Below are positions 10,301 through 20,018 of a stretch of DNA of 32,000 bases, piece after piece (the stretch's first letter is position 1; every line of letters begins with the position of its first letter). Source of the DNA: Candidatus Brocadia sp. (GTDB taxonomy: Bacteria > Planctomycetota > Brocadiia > Brocadiales > Brocadiaceae); the NCBI GenBank assembly GCA_021650915.1, contig CP091279.1, forward strand, positions 3,240,001 through 3,272,000, written 5' to 3'. A program made the translations under genes and the position numbers. The notes beneath the pieces are model-generated. The model made no database searches and was not told the origin of the DNA. It was given only the letters and a program-made list of their open reading frames with translations.

Positions 10301-10874
10301 ACTCCCCCTCCACATAACTGCTCGTCACGTCATACAGAAACAGCTTCGGCTTTTTGCCTGCCCGTCTTGCATCAAACAACGTTCGCTCTATCTTTGCCTG
10401 ATGCTCCGATAACCACAATAAATTATCGTAGAGATCATTCTCGTCGAACCCCCGCTTCATACCCAGCACATCACCCGCCGCATGCACCTGCGCCAGCCTT
10501 ACCGCCGAGAGTCTTGACCCCTGATTTATCACCCGCGCCATTACCTGCCACAGCGCCAGTCTCCCCTGAAAATCCTTCCCCAACGCCTCCTCTATCCCTA
10601 ATTCCTTTGCCACCTGGTACACACTCCAGATCGCCCCCACGGACATCCCCTCCTGGAGTTCCACCGATCCTGACAATGCCCCCAATGCAGTGAGATCCTC
10701 TTTATGGCTGAGGGCAAGCTTTATCGCTTCTATCTCCCGCGATGTGCAGTTCGACAGATTTGCAATGGTACGCTTCCTGACCTTTCCGCCTTCCCGATAC
10801 GATTCCCGCAAAAGAATGGAGCGATAGATTTTTTTGCCGGATTTTGATTTATTTTCCACAATATGCATGTCCAC
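10301..10874 (-). pseudogene. IS1634-family transposase ('ISx'), N-terminal half, inverted relative to its C-terminal half
   Basis: It reads MDMHIVENKSKSGKKIYRSILLRESYREGGKVRKRTIANLS...LFLYDVTSSYVEGE. Joining gagggggagt-TA-aatcattttggt (10301 side to 9087 side) reads EGELNHFGEYGYNRD in frame. The matching terminal repeat lies at 10991-11014. Confidence 0.8.
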
Positions 10875-11701
10875 TATAATATACTATATTATTCAACATT
10901 TCAAGCACATTATTGAATAATAACAATATATTAGTGACTACATAATTGCCGACAAAACCATACTAACTACCAATATATTAAATACTTACGTGTTTTGCTT
11001 GGGGTGAACATCCGTTGAAGTATGGGATACCTAAGTGGTTGAAAATATCACCTCTGCGAGCCTAAATCCTCGTAGAGAAGTTTGTACCTATGCGTATACA
11101 AAGGAACAATCCGTATGCGTAGAAGGATCGCGTATTCCCGTGAGGGGTATGACGGAGTTACGAGGTACAGACGACCTTTTGGGGTGTATGAATATGGCGT
11201 GTTAGTTCGTGCCAACTGCCCTTTCTCAGTGAAGCACTGACAATGTCCCTGTTGGAGATGTCAAAAAAAAAAAGACCAGGTGAAAACATCTCTGGATAAT
11301 GCGTTTGAACATACATCACGAAGGGAAAAGGGGTAATCCATATGACCGGGGGAGGACTTACGTCTTGGGAAGAAATTCCCTAACAGCGAGGTATAAGGGA
11401 AATCCGAAATCCAAGCTGTATGAGATGGTGACAGACGACTGGCTCTCACAGGTCTGTCTTTGAAGTCGTCAGCAGTGCTCATAATAGTTTCTGGTGTAAG
11501 CCGGAAATGAAGGGGCATAACCGTAGTGGAGTTGATGAAACGTGGTAGATTGAATACGTTCCATGAGAAAAGAGACTCTTTGCATGGGCAAGTAGTAGCA
11601 AGAGCCTCTCTTGTTTTGCCTCTGTCAGGAGGAATCTCGACTCAGGAAACACGATTGACAAGTCTATTATCCGGAATCAATCAAAAGGAACATATCGGGA
11701 G

Positions 11702-12849
11702 ATGCTTAAGTATCATTCTTTAAGAGACAAGGTATTCAGTCTGAGAAACCTTTATGCGGCTTTTGGGCACGTAAAGAAGAATAAAGGCAAGGCTGGTCTC
11801 GACAGGGTAAGTATTAAGCAGTTTGAAAGTGACCTTGAGAATAATCTACAAGCTATTCACAGGGAACTGAAAACCGCCATATACAACCCTGCGCCCGTCT
11901 TAAGGGGCTACATTCCCAAAGGCAGGCATGACAAGAGACCTCTTGGCATTCCCATTGTCAAGGACAGGGTAGTACAGCAGGCGTTCAGACAAATCATAGA
12001 GCCAATATTCGAGAAAGAATTCTCAGATAACAGCTTTGGATTTCGTCCAAACAGATGCTGTCATGATGCTATCAAACGGATTGAACAGTATAAGCAGCAA
12101 GGGTATCGGAACATTTTGGACGCCGATATAAAGGCGTTCTATGACACCATACCTCACAAGCTTATCATGAACTCCTTGCGTGAGAAAATCGCTGACGGAT
12201 GGGTTTTGAACAGTATCGAGAACATGCTCAAGGCAGGGGTCATGGAGGACGGCATCGTGCATGAGACAAATCAAGGCACTCCGCAAGGAGGCGTCATATC
12301 TCCCTTGCTTGCAAACCTTATCGGTGACATCATCGACAAGGAGCTTGAAAAGGCAGGATATAAATTTGTCCGCTATGCCGATGACTTCGTTGTCATGACT
12401 AAAACAAAAGAAGAACTCCCTGCCGCCCTTCAGTACGTCAAAGAAATCATTGAAGGGAAACTTGAAATGAAGCTGCGCGAGGATAAAACCAGGCTCACCA
12501 ACTTCAAACGAGGCTTCCGGTTTCTTGGATATAATTTCATGGGCAAGAACAAGGGTATAAGCATGAAATCCCTGGACAAACTCAAGGACGCCGTCAGGGA
12601 CATCACCAAACGCACACAAGGCGTCAACCTGCAAGCCGTCATTGATACATTAAATCCTGTCATAAGGGGACATGTCAACTATTTTCGGCTGGGCAATGTA
12701 CAAACGGTATATCGTTCGTCAGACTGCTGGGTACGCATGAGACTGAGAAGTTTCAAGTTTTCGAGAAAATGGAAAACTGACAACAAACGTTTCCCGGTAC
12801 ACCGATTCTTTAAGATGGGGTTACTCTCATTTGAAAGAGAATTTCTTAA
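11702..12849 (+). pseudogene. Group II intron RT/maturase, copy 2 (last ~6 codons replaced by IS sequence)
   Basis: It matches the copy 1 protein apart from a few substitutions (for example LRGYIP vs LRVYIP, MEDGIV vs MENGIV). After ...FEREFL the ORF reads into the IS terminus. Confidence 0.85.
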
Positions 12850-12887
12850 CCCGACTTTCGCAATTCGAGGGGTATACAACCCGCTAA

Positions 12888-13982
12888 CCCGACTTTCGCA
12901 ATTCGAGGGGTATGCAACCGGCTGAGCCAGGAAAATCAAGGGGTCATGTAAAAAGGTCGGCACTACAGACCGACCTGTCCGGATGCGTAAACCTTGGGCG
13001 GCGGTTGTTCAGGAAGCGTCAATCCCAATTGTGCCAAAAGGAGAGCGACGTCCTTCTCCGGCTGGGTATAACGGCTCATGACAATATGACGGCCATCCGT
13101 GGTCGGTAAATGAACGTCTATCATTTGAATGCCCGACAGTTTTTCCAAAATCGCTTCAGACGTCAACCCTCCGGCCCTCCCCCGCGCAAGATTGCGCAGT
13201 GTCGTGTGGAGACAAAAAGCCAAAAAGGAAACAAAGATATGGGCTTCAATTCTCCGTTCCAATTGATGCCATAGGGGGCGGACGGAAAGAGACCCCTTCA
13301 AGTCCTTAAATGCCTGTTCTATCCGTGTCAACAGCAAATAATTTTCCCAGACGGTTTCTGGCGCGGTGGCCTGCATGTTGGAACGAAGCAAATAACGCCC
13401 CTCGCGCCGATACGCCTGCCTCAGGCGTTCCCGATCCAAACTGAACCGGAACGTATTCTCATTGACCGGTTCCTGCGGTTTGGGAATGGAGATAGCGGCC
13501 AGTCTGTAGTCGCGTCCGGCTTCTTTCTTTAACGCGCCAATATGCATGAGCAGGTCATCGCGCGTGAGGGCTTTTCGATTGCGAAGTTCGCGCAAACCCA
13601 TCCACAAACGTCTGAGTCTTCGCCTACGCATGGCACGCTCCTTAGACACCCGGTCCTGGCTTTCCACGTAAACGTAAAACTCCGATTCCTGCCGAAGAAC
13701 TTTCACGCGGACACTCTCCCTCGCCTGCATCCAGGTTTGTTCGAGCAACGGTTTTTCTACTCGCGTCAAATGTCCCTTCGGAGTCCCAACCAAATAATCA
13801 ATCCCGCGCTCACGCATCTTTTCCAACATCTCCTCCGTTGGAATACCGCGATCCATAAGCCAGGTGCGCCGGAATTTCCCATACTGCTTTTCAATCCGAT
13901 CCAGAAATTCCTCCAGCGTTGCGGTGTCTCTGGTATTGCCCGGATACACTTCGTAGGCCACGGGAAATCCTTCCGGCGTTAA
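12888..13982 (-). mobile_element. IS1634-like element, truncated copy (transposase-distal 1.1 kb only)
   Basis: It begins with the terminus cccgactttcgcaattcgaggggtat. It ends at an internal ...ggcgTTAA, where the next full copy starts. Confidence 0.8.
12963..13978 (-). pseudogene. IS1634-like transposase, C-terminal ~340 aa only
   Basis: It is colinear with residues TPEGFPVAYEVYPGNTRD...VYASGQVGL of the 610-aa copies. The N-terminal MYTPRIAKVGL in the ORF track is read-through into the next IS terminus. Confidence 0.85.
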
Positions 13983-14044
13983 CCCGACTTTCGCAATTCG
14001 AGGGGTATACAACCCGCTAAGCCAGGAAAATCAAGGGGTCATGT

Positions 14045-14070
14045 AAAAAGGTCGGCACTACAGGCCGACC
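14045..14070 (-). terminator. Hairpin plus T-run at the transposase stop (putative terminator inside the IS end)
   Basis: The minus strand reads ggtcggc-ctgtagt-gccgacc followed by ttttt. The stop codon sits in the loop. The same structure recurs in every copy. Confidence 0.5.
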
Positions 14071-15890
14071 TGCCCGGATACGTAAACCTTGGGCGGCGGT
14101 TGTTCAGGAAGCGTTAATCCCAACTGCGCCAAAAGGAGTAAAACGTCCTTCTCCGGCTGGGTATAACGGCTCATGACAATATGACGGCCATCCGTAGTCG
14201 GTAAATGAACGTCTATCATTTGAATGCCCGACAGTTTTTCCAAAATCGCTTCAGACGTCAGCCCTCCGGCCCTCCCCCGCGCAAGATTGCGCAGTGTCGT
14301 GTGGAGACAAAAAGCCAAAAAGGAAACAAAGATATGGGCTTCAATTCTCCGTTCCAATTGATGCCATAGGGGGCGGACGGAAAGAGACCCCTTCAAGTCC
14401 TTAAATGCCTGTTCTATCCGTGTCAACAGCAAATAATTTTCCCAGACGGTTTCTGGCGCGGTGGCCTGCATGTTGGAACGAAGCAAATAACGCCCCTCGC
14501 GCCGATACGCCTGCCTCAGGCGTTCCCGATCCAAACTGAACCGGAACGTATTCTCATTGACCGGTTCCTGCGGTTTGGGAATGGAGATCGTGACCAGTCT
14601 GTAGTCTCGTCCGGCTTCTTTCTTTAACGCGCCAATATGCATGAGCAGGTCATCGCGCGTGAGGGCTTTTCGATTGCGAAGTTCGCGCAAACCCATCCAC
14701 AAACGTCTGAGTCTGCGCCTACGCATGGCACGCTCCTTAGACACCCGGTCATGGCTTTCCACGTAAACGTAAAACTCCGATTCCTGCCGAAGAACTTTCA
14801 CGCGGATGCTCTCCCTCGCCTGCATCCAGGTTTGTTCGAGTAGCGGTTTTTCTACTCTCGTCAAATGCCCCTTCGGAGTCCCAACCAAATAATCAATCCC
14901 GCGCTCACGCATCTTTTCCAACATCTCCTCCGTTGGAATACCGCGATCCATAAGCCAGGTGCGCCGGAATTTCCCATACTGCTTTTCAATCCGATCCAGA
15001 AATTCCTCCAGCGTTGCGGTGTCTCTGGTATTGCCCGGATACACTTCGTAGGCCACGGGAAATCCTTCCGGCGTTAACACCAATGCCACTACCACCTGCA
15101 CGCAATCCGAACGGTTGTCCCGACTGTATCCAAAACGCTTCTTACTTCCCGATACAGCCGGAGGTGGGTCACTTTCAAAATACGTACTCGTCAAATCATA
15201 CAGCAGCACATCGTACTTCGCCCCAAAGAGCTTGCCCCACTTCTCCTTTAAATAGGCAAACAGCTCGTCCCGATGCTCAAGCAACAAATCCAAACAACGA
15301 TACGCCTTGTCCTTCTGCGCCAGGGAATAATCCTCTCCCAGCAGATCGCCTGTTGCGCTCCGCACGTACCACTCACGGTGAAAACGAAATTCGCTTCCCG
15401 GATCGATCAACCGGTAACAGACAAGCGCCTTCAGTATATTCAACCAGCTTGTCCCCTTCCGGCTTGACGGCAGACGCATCCTCCAGAATGTGTCCAGTTC
15501 CAGCATATTCCATACATACAATCCCAACCAGCTTGCTCCCCACTCCCGTGGATGGCGCAGCTCTATTTTGTCCAACCTCACCCGAACTGTCTCACCATCC
15601 GGTATCGGCATGGCTTCCCGGTCATCCGGAAACAATGCCAGTTGTCTTGGTTTCGGTTCTTTACCCGACACCGCCTCTATCGTCCGAATCCACCCAGCCC
15701 GTTGATTGTCATTGAGTTCTCCCAAATAGAGAACCTGCCGCTGCACCACCCTTCTTCCGGTAACCCGGCGGTTCTCTACCACACTCCAATACCGGTGGGT
15801 TTTCCCATCCTTCGTTCGTGTCTTTTCCCGGAGAAACATGCGAGCATTTTCGCACTTCCTCCTGCATGCGTCAAGAGGGTAGGTCGGCAC
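14058..15890 (-). CDS. IS1634-like (IS4 superfamily) DDE transposase, 610 aa
   Basis: The ORF is intact (GTG at 15890; alternative ATG at 15840 gives MFLREKTRTKDGKTHRYWSVVENRR...VLYLGEL, a typical IS1634 N-terminus). Motifs include LLYDLTSTYFE, WLMDRGIPTEE and YLLLTRIEQAFKDLK. Confidence 0.85.
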   Translation of the reverse strand: MPTYPLDACRRKCENARMFLREKTRTKDGKTHRYWSVVENRRVTGRRVVQRQVLYLGELNDNQRAGWIRTIEAVSGKEPKPRQLALFPDDREAMPIPDGETVRVRLDKIELRHPREWGASWLGLYVWNMLELDTFWRMRLPSSRKGTSWLNILKALVCYRLIDPGSEFRFHREWYVRSATGDLLGEDYSLAQKDKAYRCLDLLLEHRDELFAYLKEKWGKLFGAKYDVLLYDLTSTYFESDPPPAVSGSKKRFGYSRDNRSDCVQVVVALVLTPEGFPVAYEVYPGNTRDTATLEEFLDRIEKQYGKFRRTWLMDRGIPTEEMLEKMRERGIDYLVGTPKGHLTRVEKPLLEQTWMQARESIRVKVLRQESEFYVYVESHDRVSKERAMRRRRLRRLWMGLRELRNRKALTRDDLLMHIGALKKEAGRDYRLVTISIPKPQEPVNENTFRFSLDRERLRQAYRREGRYLLRSNMQATAPETVWENYLLLTRIEQAFKDLKGSLSVRPLWHQLERRIEAHIFVSFLAFCLHTTLRNLARGRAGGLTSEAILEKLSGIQMIDVHLPTTDGRHIVMSRYTQPEKDVLLLLAQLGLTLPEQPPPKVYVSGQVGL

Positions 15891-16017
15891 TACAAGCCGT
15901 TTTTAAAATTCACCCCTTGAATATCACGGGTTTCCTGGCGACTCTTGCCCAAAAATAAACGTTTTTGGGCGCGAATTGCGAAAGTCGGGCTAAGCCAGGA
16001 AAATCAAGGGGTCATGT

Positions 16018-16043
16018 AAAAAGGTCGGCACTACAGGCCGACC
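16018..16043 (-). terminator. Hairpin plus T-run at the transposase stop (as at 14045-14070)
   Basis: The sequence aaaaaggtcggcactacaggccgacc is the same as in the other copy. Confidence 0.5.
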
Positions 16044-17863
16044 TGCCCGGATACGTAAACCTTGGGCGGCGGTTGTTCAGGAAGCGTTAATCCCAACTGC
16101 GCCAAAAGGAGTAAAACGTCCTTCTCCGGCTGGGTATAACGGCTCATGACAATATGACGGCCATCCGTGGTCGGTAAATGAACGTCTATCATTTGAATGC
16201 CCGACAGTTTTTCCAAAATCGCTTCAGACGTCAGCCCTCCGGCCCTCCCCCGCGCAAGATTGCGCAGTGTCGTGTGGAGACAAAAAGCCAAAAAGGAAAC
16301 AAAGATATGGGCTTCAATTCTCCGTTCCAATTGATGCCATAGGGGGCGGACGGAAAGAGACCCCTTCAAGTCCTTAAATGCCTGTTCTATCCGTGTCAAC
16401 AGCAAATAATTTTCCCAGACGGTTTCTGGCGCGGTGGCCTGCATGTTGGAACGAAGCAAATAACGCCCCTCGCGCCGATACGCCTGCCTCAGGCGTTCCC
16501 GATCCAAACTGAACCGGAACGTATTCTCATTGACCGGTTCCTGCGGTTTGGGAATGGAGATCGTGACCAGTCTGTAGTCTCGTCCGGCTTCTTTCTTTAA
16601 CGCGCCAATATGCATGAGCAGGTCATCGCGCGTGAGGGCTTTTCGATTGCGAAGTTCGCGCAGGCCCATCCACAAACGTCTGAGTCTGCGCCTACGCATG
16701 GCACGCTCCTTAGACACCCGGTCATGGCTTTCCACGTAAACGTAAAACTCCGATTCCTGCCGAAGAACTTTCACGCGGACACTCTCCCTCGCCTGCATCC
16801 AGGTTTGTTCGAGCAACGGTTTTTCTACTCGCGTCAAATGTCCCTTCGGAGTCCCAACCAAATAATCAATCCCGCGCTCACGCATCTTTTCCAACATCTC
16901 CTCCGTTGGAATACCGCGATCCATAAGCCAGGTGCGCCGGAATTTCCCATACTGCTTTTCAATCCGATCCAGAAATTCCTCCAGCGTTGCGGTGTCTCTG
17001 GTATTGCCCGGATACACTTCGTAGGCAACGGGAAATCCTTCCGGCGTTAACACCAATGCCACTACCACCTGCACGCAATCCGAACGTTTGTCCCGGCTAT
17101 ATCCAAACCGTTTCTTACTCCCCGATCCAGTCGGAGGTGGGTCACTTTCAAAATACGTACTCGTCAAATCATACAGCAGTACATCGTACTTCGCCCCAAA
17201 GAGCTTGCCCCACTTCTCCTTTAAATAGGCAAACAGCTCGTCCCGATGCTCAAGCAACAAATCCAAACAACGATACGCCTTGTCCTTCTGCGCCAGGGAA
17301 TAATCCTCTCCCAGCAGATCGCCTGTTGCGCTCCGCACGTACCACTCACGGTGAAAACGAAATTCGCTTCCCGGATCGATCAACCGGTAACAGACAAGCG
17401 CCTTCAGTATATTCAACCAGCTTGTCCCCTTCCGGCTTGACGGCAGACGCATCCTCCAGAATGTGTCCAGTTCCAGCATATTCCATACATACAATCCCAA
17501 CCAGCTTGCTCCCCACTCCCGTGGATGGCGCAGCTCTATTTTGTCCAACCTCACCCGAACTGTCTCACCATCCGGTATCGGCATGGCTTCCCGGTCATCC
17601 GGAAACAATGCCAGTTGTCTTGGTTTCGGTTCTTTACCCGACACCGCCTCTATCGTCCGAATCCACCCAGCCCGTTGATTGTCATTGAGTTCTCCCAAAT
17701 AGAGAACCTGCCGTTGCACCACCCTTCTTCCGCTGACCCGGCGGTTCTCTACCACGCTCCAATAACGGTGGGTTTTCCCATCTTTCGTTCGTGTCTTTTC
17801 CCGGAGAAACATGCGAGCATTTTCGCACTTCCTCCTGCATGCGTCAAGAGGGTAGGTCGGCAC
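16031..17863 (-). CDS. IS1634-like DDE transposase, 610 aa (second intact copy)
   Basis: It differs from 14058-15890 at only a few residues (for example RRVSG vs RRVTG, PPTGSGSKK vs PPAVSGSKK). Confidence 0.85.
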   Translation of the reverse strand: MPTYPLDACRRKCENARMFLREKTRTKDGKTHRYWSVVENRRVSGRRVVQRQVLYLGELNDNQRAGWIRTIEAVSGKEPKPRQLALFPDDREAMPIPDGETVRVRLDKIELRHPREWGASWLGLYVWNMLELDTFWRMRLPSSRKGTSWLNILKALVCYRLIDPGSEFRFHREWYVRSATGDLLGEDYSLAQKDKAYRCLDLLLEHRDELFAYLKEKWGKLFGAKYDVLLYDLTSTYFESDPPPTGSGSKKRFGYSRDKRSDCVQVVVALVLTPEGFPVAYEVYPGNTRDTATLEEFLDRIEKQYGKFRRTWLMDRGIPTEEMLEKMRERGIDYLVGTPKGHLTRVEKPLLEQTWMQARESVRVKVLRQESEFYVYVESHDRVSKERAMRRRRLRRLWMGLRELRNRKALTRDDLLMHIGALKKEAGRDYRLVTISIPKPQEPVNENTFRFSLDRERLRQAYRREGRYLLRSNMQATAPETVWENYLLLTRIEQAFKDLKGSLSVRPLWHQLERRIEAHIFVSFLAFCLHTTLRNLARGRAGGLTSEAILEKLSGIQMIDVHLPTTDGRHIVMSRYTQPEKDVLLLLAQLGLTLPEQPPPKVYVSGQVGL

Positions 17864-18431
17864 TACAAGCCGTTTTGAAAATTCACCCCTTGAATATCAC
17901 GGGTTTCCTGGCGACTCTTGCCCAAAAATAAACTTTTTTGGGCGCGAATTGCGAAAGTCGGGTTAAGGCACGTGCAAAGGCATGATAGTTTACTTTTCTC
18001 TGCTCCAGAGCAACACTATGGGGTCGCTAACTACGGGAAAGCCGTATGGTTTAAAAGGATGCTTTGGTACGTTGTTCAAAGTATCTGGCGACGATTGGGG
18101 GTTGGAGGCGATTCGCCTCCTTCCTACCAGCTAATTGGTTGCGGCTGTGCTGCGCTATGAATATCCAAAATCTTTTGGTTTTTGACAAGCTAACAAAACT
18201 ACCCATGTCCGCGCTTCCTAGGTTAAAGAAGGAGGTTTTCCTTTTCTTGGCAAATCTTGTAGGGCAGCTATCACTCCGAGCTGAAGCACTTTGTCAATAC
18301 ACCGTTCAATCTTCGGCCGATTTGTCTGAAGTTGTCGGGCTATCTCCGATAGCCGATGATCCTTCTGTATACAAAAGGATCATTTTCACACGCTCAACCG
18401 TTTGCAACTCTTTTATTCGTGAACGACTTAG

Positions 18432-19705
18432 GCATCGCGTGAAAATAACTTGACCAATATGGTTAAATGGTTTTTAATGATGGCATGCAAGATGCGAACT
18501 TACTATGCCAGATCAAATCACGCTATAGCTCGCTTGGGCCTTTAATGGATGAGCGTATGCGTCGTCAATGGGCGGCGACGGAAGCGCAGGCTTATGGCCG
18601 AGGCGGATTGAGCGCGGTGAGCAGTGCGACGGGAATGTCGCGCAACACGATTCGCAAGGGGAAACCCAAGGCGGCAGTGGATGCTCGCTTGCGCAAGAAA
18701 GGCGGCGGTCGCAAACGTCTCACGGAAACGGATCCTGGTTTGATGAACGCGTTAGAACGATTGGTCGAGCCAACGAGTCGGGGCGATCCCATGTCGCCCT
18801 TGCGTTGGACCTGCAAGAGCACGGTCAATCTGGCCGAAGCATTAACTCGCCAGGGGCATCCCATCGGCGCCTGGACGGTAGGGAATTTATTGAGGGGGCC
18901 GGTTATAGTTTACAGGGCAACCGCAAGACGAAGGAGGGAAGCTCTCATCCAGACCGCAATGCTCAGTTCGAGTATATCAACACGACGGTACAGCAATTTC
19001 AAGATCGCGGCCAACCGGTGATTTCAGTCGACACAAAGAAAAAGGAACTGGTAGGTCCGTTCAAGAACGGCGGGCGCGAGTGGCAGCCCAAAGGCGAACC
19101 GGAAGAAGTGCTGGTGCATGACTTTATCGATAAACAATTGGGCAAGGTTATTCCATACGGGGTATTCGATCTGAGTCTGAACGAGGGCTGGGTCAGTGTT
19201 GGCATTGATCACGATACCGCGCAGTTCGCCGTACAAGCCATTGGTCGGTGGTGGCAAAAGATGGGATCAAAGCGATATCCCTATCGCCAAAGAATTGTTG
19301 ATCACCGCCGATGGGGGTGGTAGCAACGGTAGCCGATGCCGGCTGTGGAAGGTTGCGCTACAAGAATTATCCACACGTTTGGGGTTGCCAATCCATGTAC
19401 GCCACTTCCCGCCGGGAACCAGCAAATGGAACAAGATCGAACATCGCATGTTCAGTCACATTACCAAGAACTGGCGTGGTCGCCCGTTGGTGAGTCATGA
19501 GGTCATTATCAATTTAATAGCCAATACCAAGACCAAGGCTGGCTTGCGAATTCGCACGGAATTGGATCGGGGCAATTATCCAACGGGAATCAAAATAAGC
19601 GACGCGGAATTGAATGCGTTAAATTTAAAACAAGCGCAATTTCACGGCGAATGGAATTACGCGCTCTGTCCACAACTTAATGGTCAAGTTATTTTCACGT
19701 GATTC
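18432..19705 (+). mobile_element. ISAzo13-family element (1274 bp) with 5-bp CTTAG target duplication
   Basis: The inverted repeats are gcatcgcgtgaaaataacttgacc (18432-55) and ggtcaagttattttcacgtgattc (19682-705). CTTAG lies at 18427-31 and 19706-10. Confidence 0.8.
18467..19702 (+). pseudogene. ISAzo13-family transposase with two frameshifts
   Basis: Three overlapping frames together read DPMSPLRWTCKS...GYSLQGNRKTKEGSSHPDRNAQFEYIN...ISVDTKKKELVG...ELLITADGGGSNGSR..LWK...FPPGTSKWNKIEHRMFS. The frame changes near 18890 and 19290. Confidence 0.8.
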
Positions 19706-20018
19706 CTTAGTTCTTGCAGATACGATACCTCTTCGTGATTTAAAATGATACCGGCTCTTTTTCTTTCAAATGGCATCTCCGCCTCCTTTCTTGAGGCAAG
19801 TATACCACAAAAGAATCGTATTGCAATATTATTATGGAATCATTATGCTGGCAGACTCGATCAGTTCGTGGCTTTCTTACTGATTCGATAAATTTTACCG
19901 CTTACACGAGAGGGCCTATTGGGGGCAAAATGCAAGAAAGGGTTCAACTTTCTTAAGAACAAGCCGAAAATCATTAAACAAGAGGAAAGCCAGGGAAGAG
20001 CTTGCCAAATCAGAGGTA

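Larger units (their letters stand above)
13983..15989 (-). mobile_element. IS1634-like element, complete 2007-bp copy
   Basis: The terminal inverted repeats are cccgactttcgcaattcg (13983-) and cgaattgcgaaagtcggg (-15989). TTAA lies on the left (13979-82) and CTAA on the right (15990-93). Confidence 0.85.
15990..17962 (-). mobile_element. IS1634-like element, third copy (its first 38 bp are displaced to 12850-12887)
   Basis: 12850-12887 plus 15994-17962 make 2007 bp. TTAA lies on both outer sides (12846-49 and 17963-66). CTAA lies at both inner junctions (12884-87 and 15990-93). Confidence 0.85.
11015..18127 (+). mobile_element. Group II intron, copy 2, split by a 5.1-kb IS array (intron parts 11015-12849 and 17963-18127)
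   Basis: The sequence is near identical to the reverse complement of 3490-5481. Removing 12850-17966 rejoins gaatttcttaa|ggcacgtgcaaagg exactly as in copy 1. Confidence 0.8.
18166..19776 (-). pseudogene. IS630-family transposase N-terminal fragment (third IS630-type element), split by the ISAzo13-like IS and frameshifted
   Basis: On the minus strand ATG at 19776 (after ggaggcggag) gives MPFERKRAGIILNHEEVSYLQE. Across the IS it continues LSRSRIKELQTVERVKMILLYTEG. In another frame it reads HRLSEIARQLQTNRPKIERCIDKVLQLGVIAALQDLPRKGKPP...LLACQKPKDFGYS. It is truncated at 18166. Confidence 0.6.

Noticed and set aside
10274-10693. A 139-aa proline-rich ORF on the plus strand.
   Set aside because: It is antisense to the clearly homologous N-terminal half of the ISx transposase, and its composition is typical of a shadow ORF.
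15014-15715. A 233-aa plus-strand ORF (also at 16987-17688), with 146-aa and smaller ORFs, lies antisense to the IS1634-like transposases.
   Set aside because: They are Pro/Ser/Thr-rich and low in complexity, and have no recognisable motifs. They lie entirely antisense to a well-supported 610-aa transposase gene. They recur only because the IS is repeated.
12850-17962. Repeated units that could suggest a CRISPR or tandem-repeat array.
   Set aside because: The repeat unit is a 2-kb IS with a transposase gene. There are no short repeats alternating with unique spacers. No CRISPR-like array was seen anywhere in the window.
17918-18160. An 80-aa ORF and the 129-aa ORF at 18064-18453.
   Set aside because: Both are read-through across junctions (IS terminus, intron 3' tail, 25-mer) and antisense to the IS630 fragment. 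They are mosaics of repeat sequence.
18467-19702. Programmed ribosomal frameshifting in the ISAzo13-like and IS630-type (22194-23283) transposases.
   Set aside because: Each has two or more frame changes, and the IS630 copy also has an internal stop. I saw no slippery heptamer at the breaks. Decay is the simpler reading.
19896-19905. The sequence taccgcttac, which resembles an IS66-type terminus (the reverse complement of gtaagcgg), upstream of the truncated IS66 transposase.
   Set aside because: It is only about 8 nt, with no adjoining IS66-like sequence that I could recognise. It may be chance or a further fragment, and is too weak to annotate.
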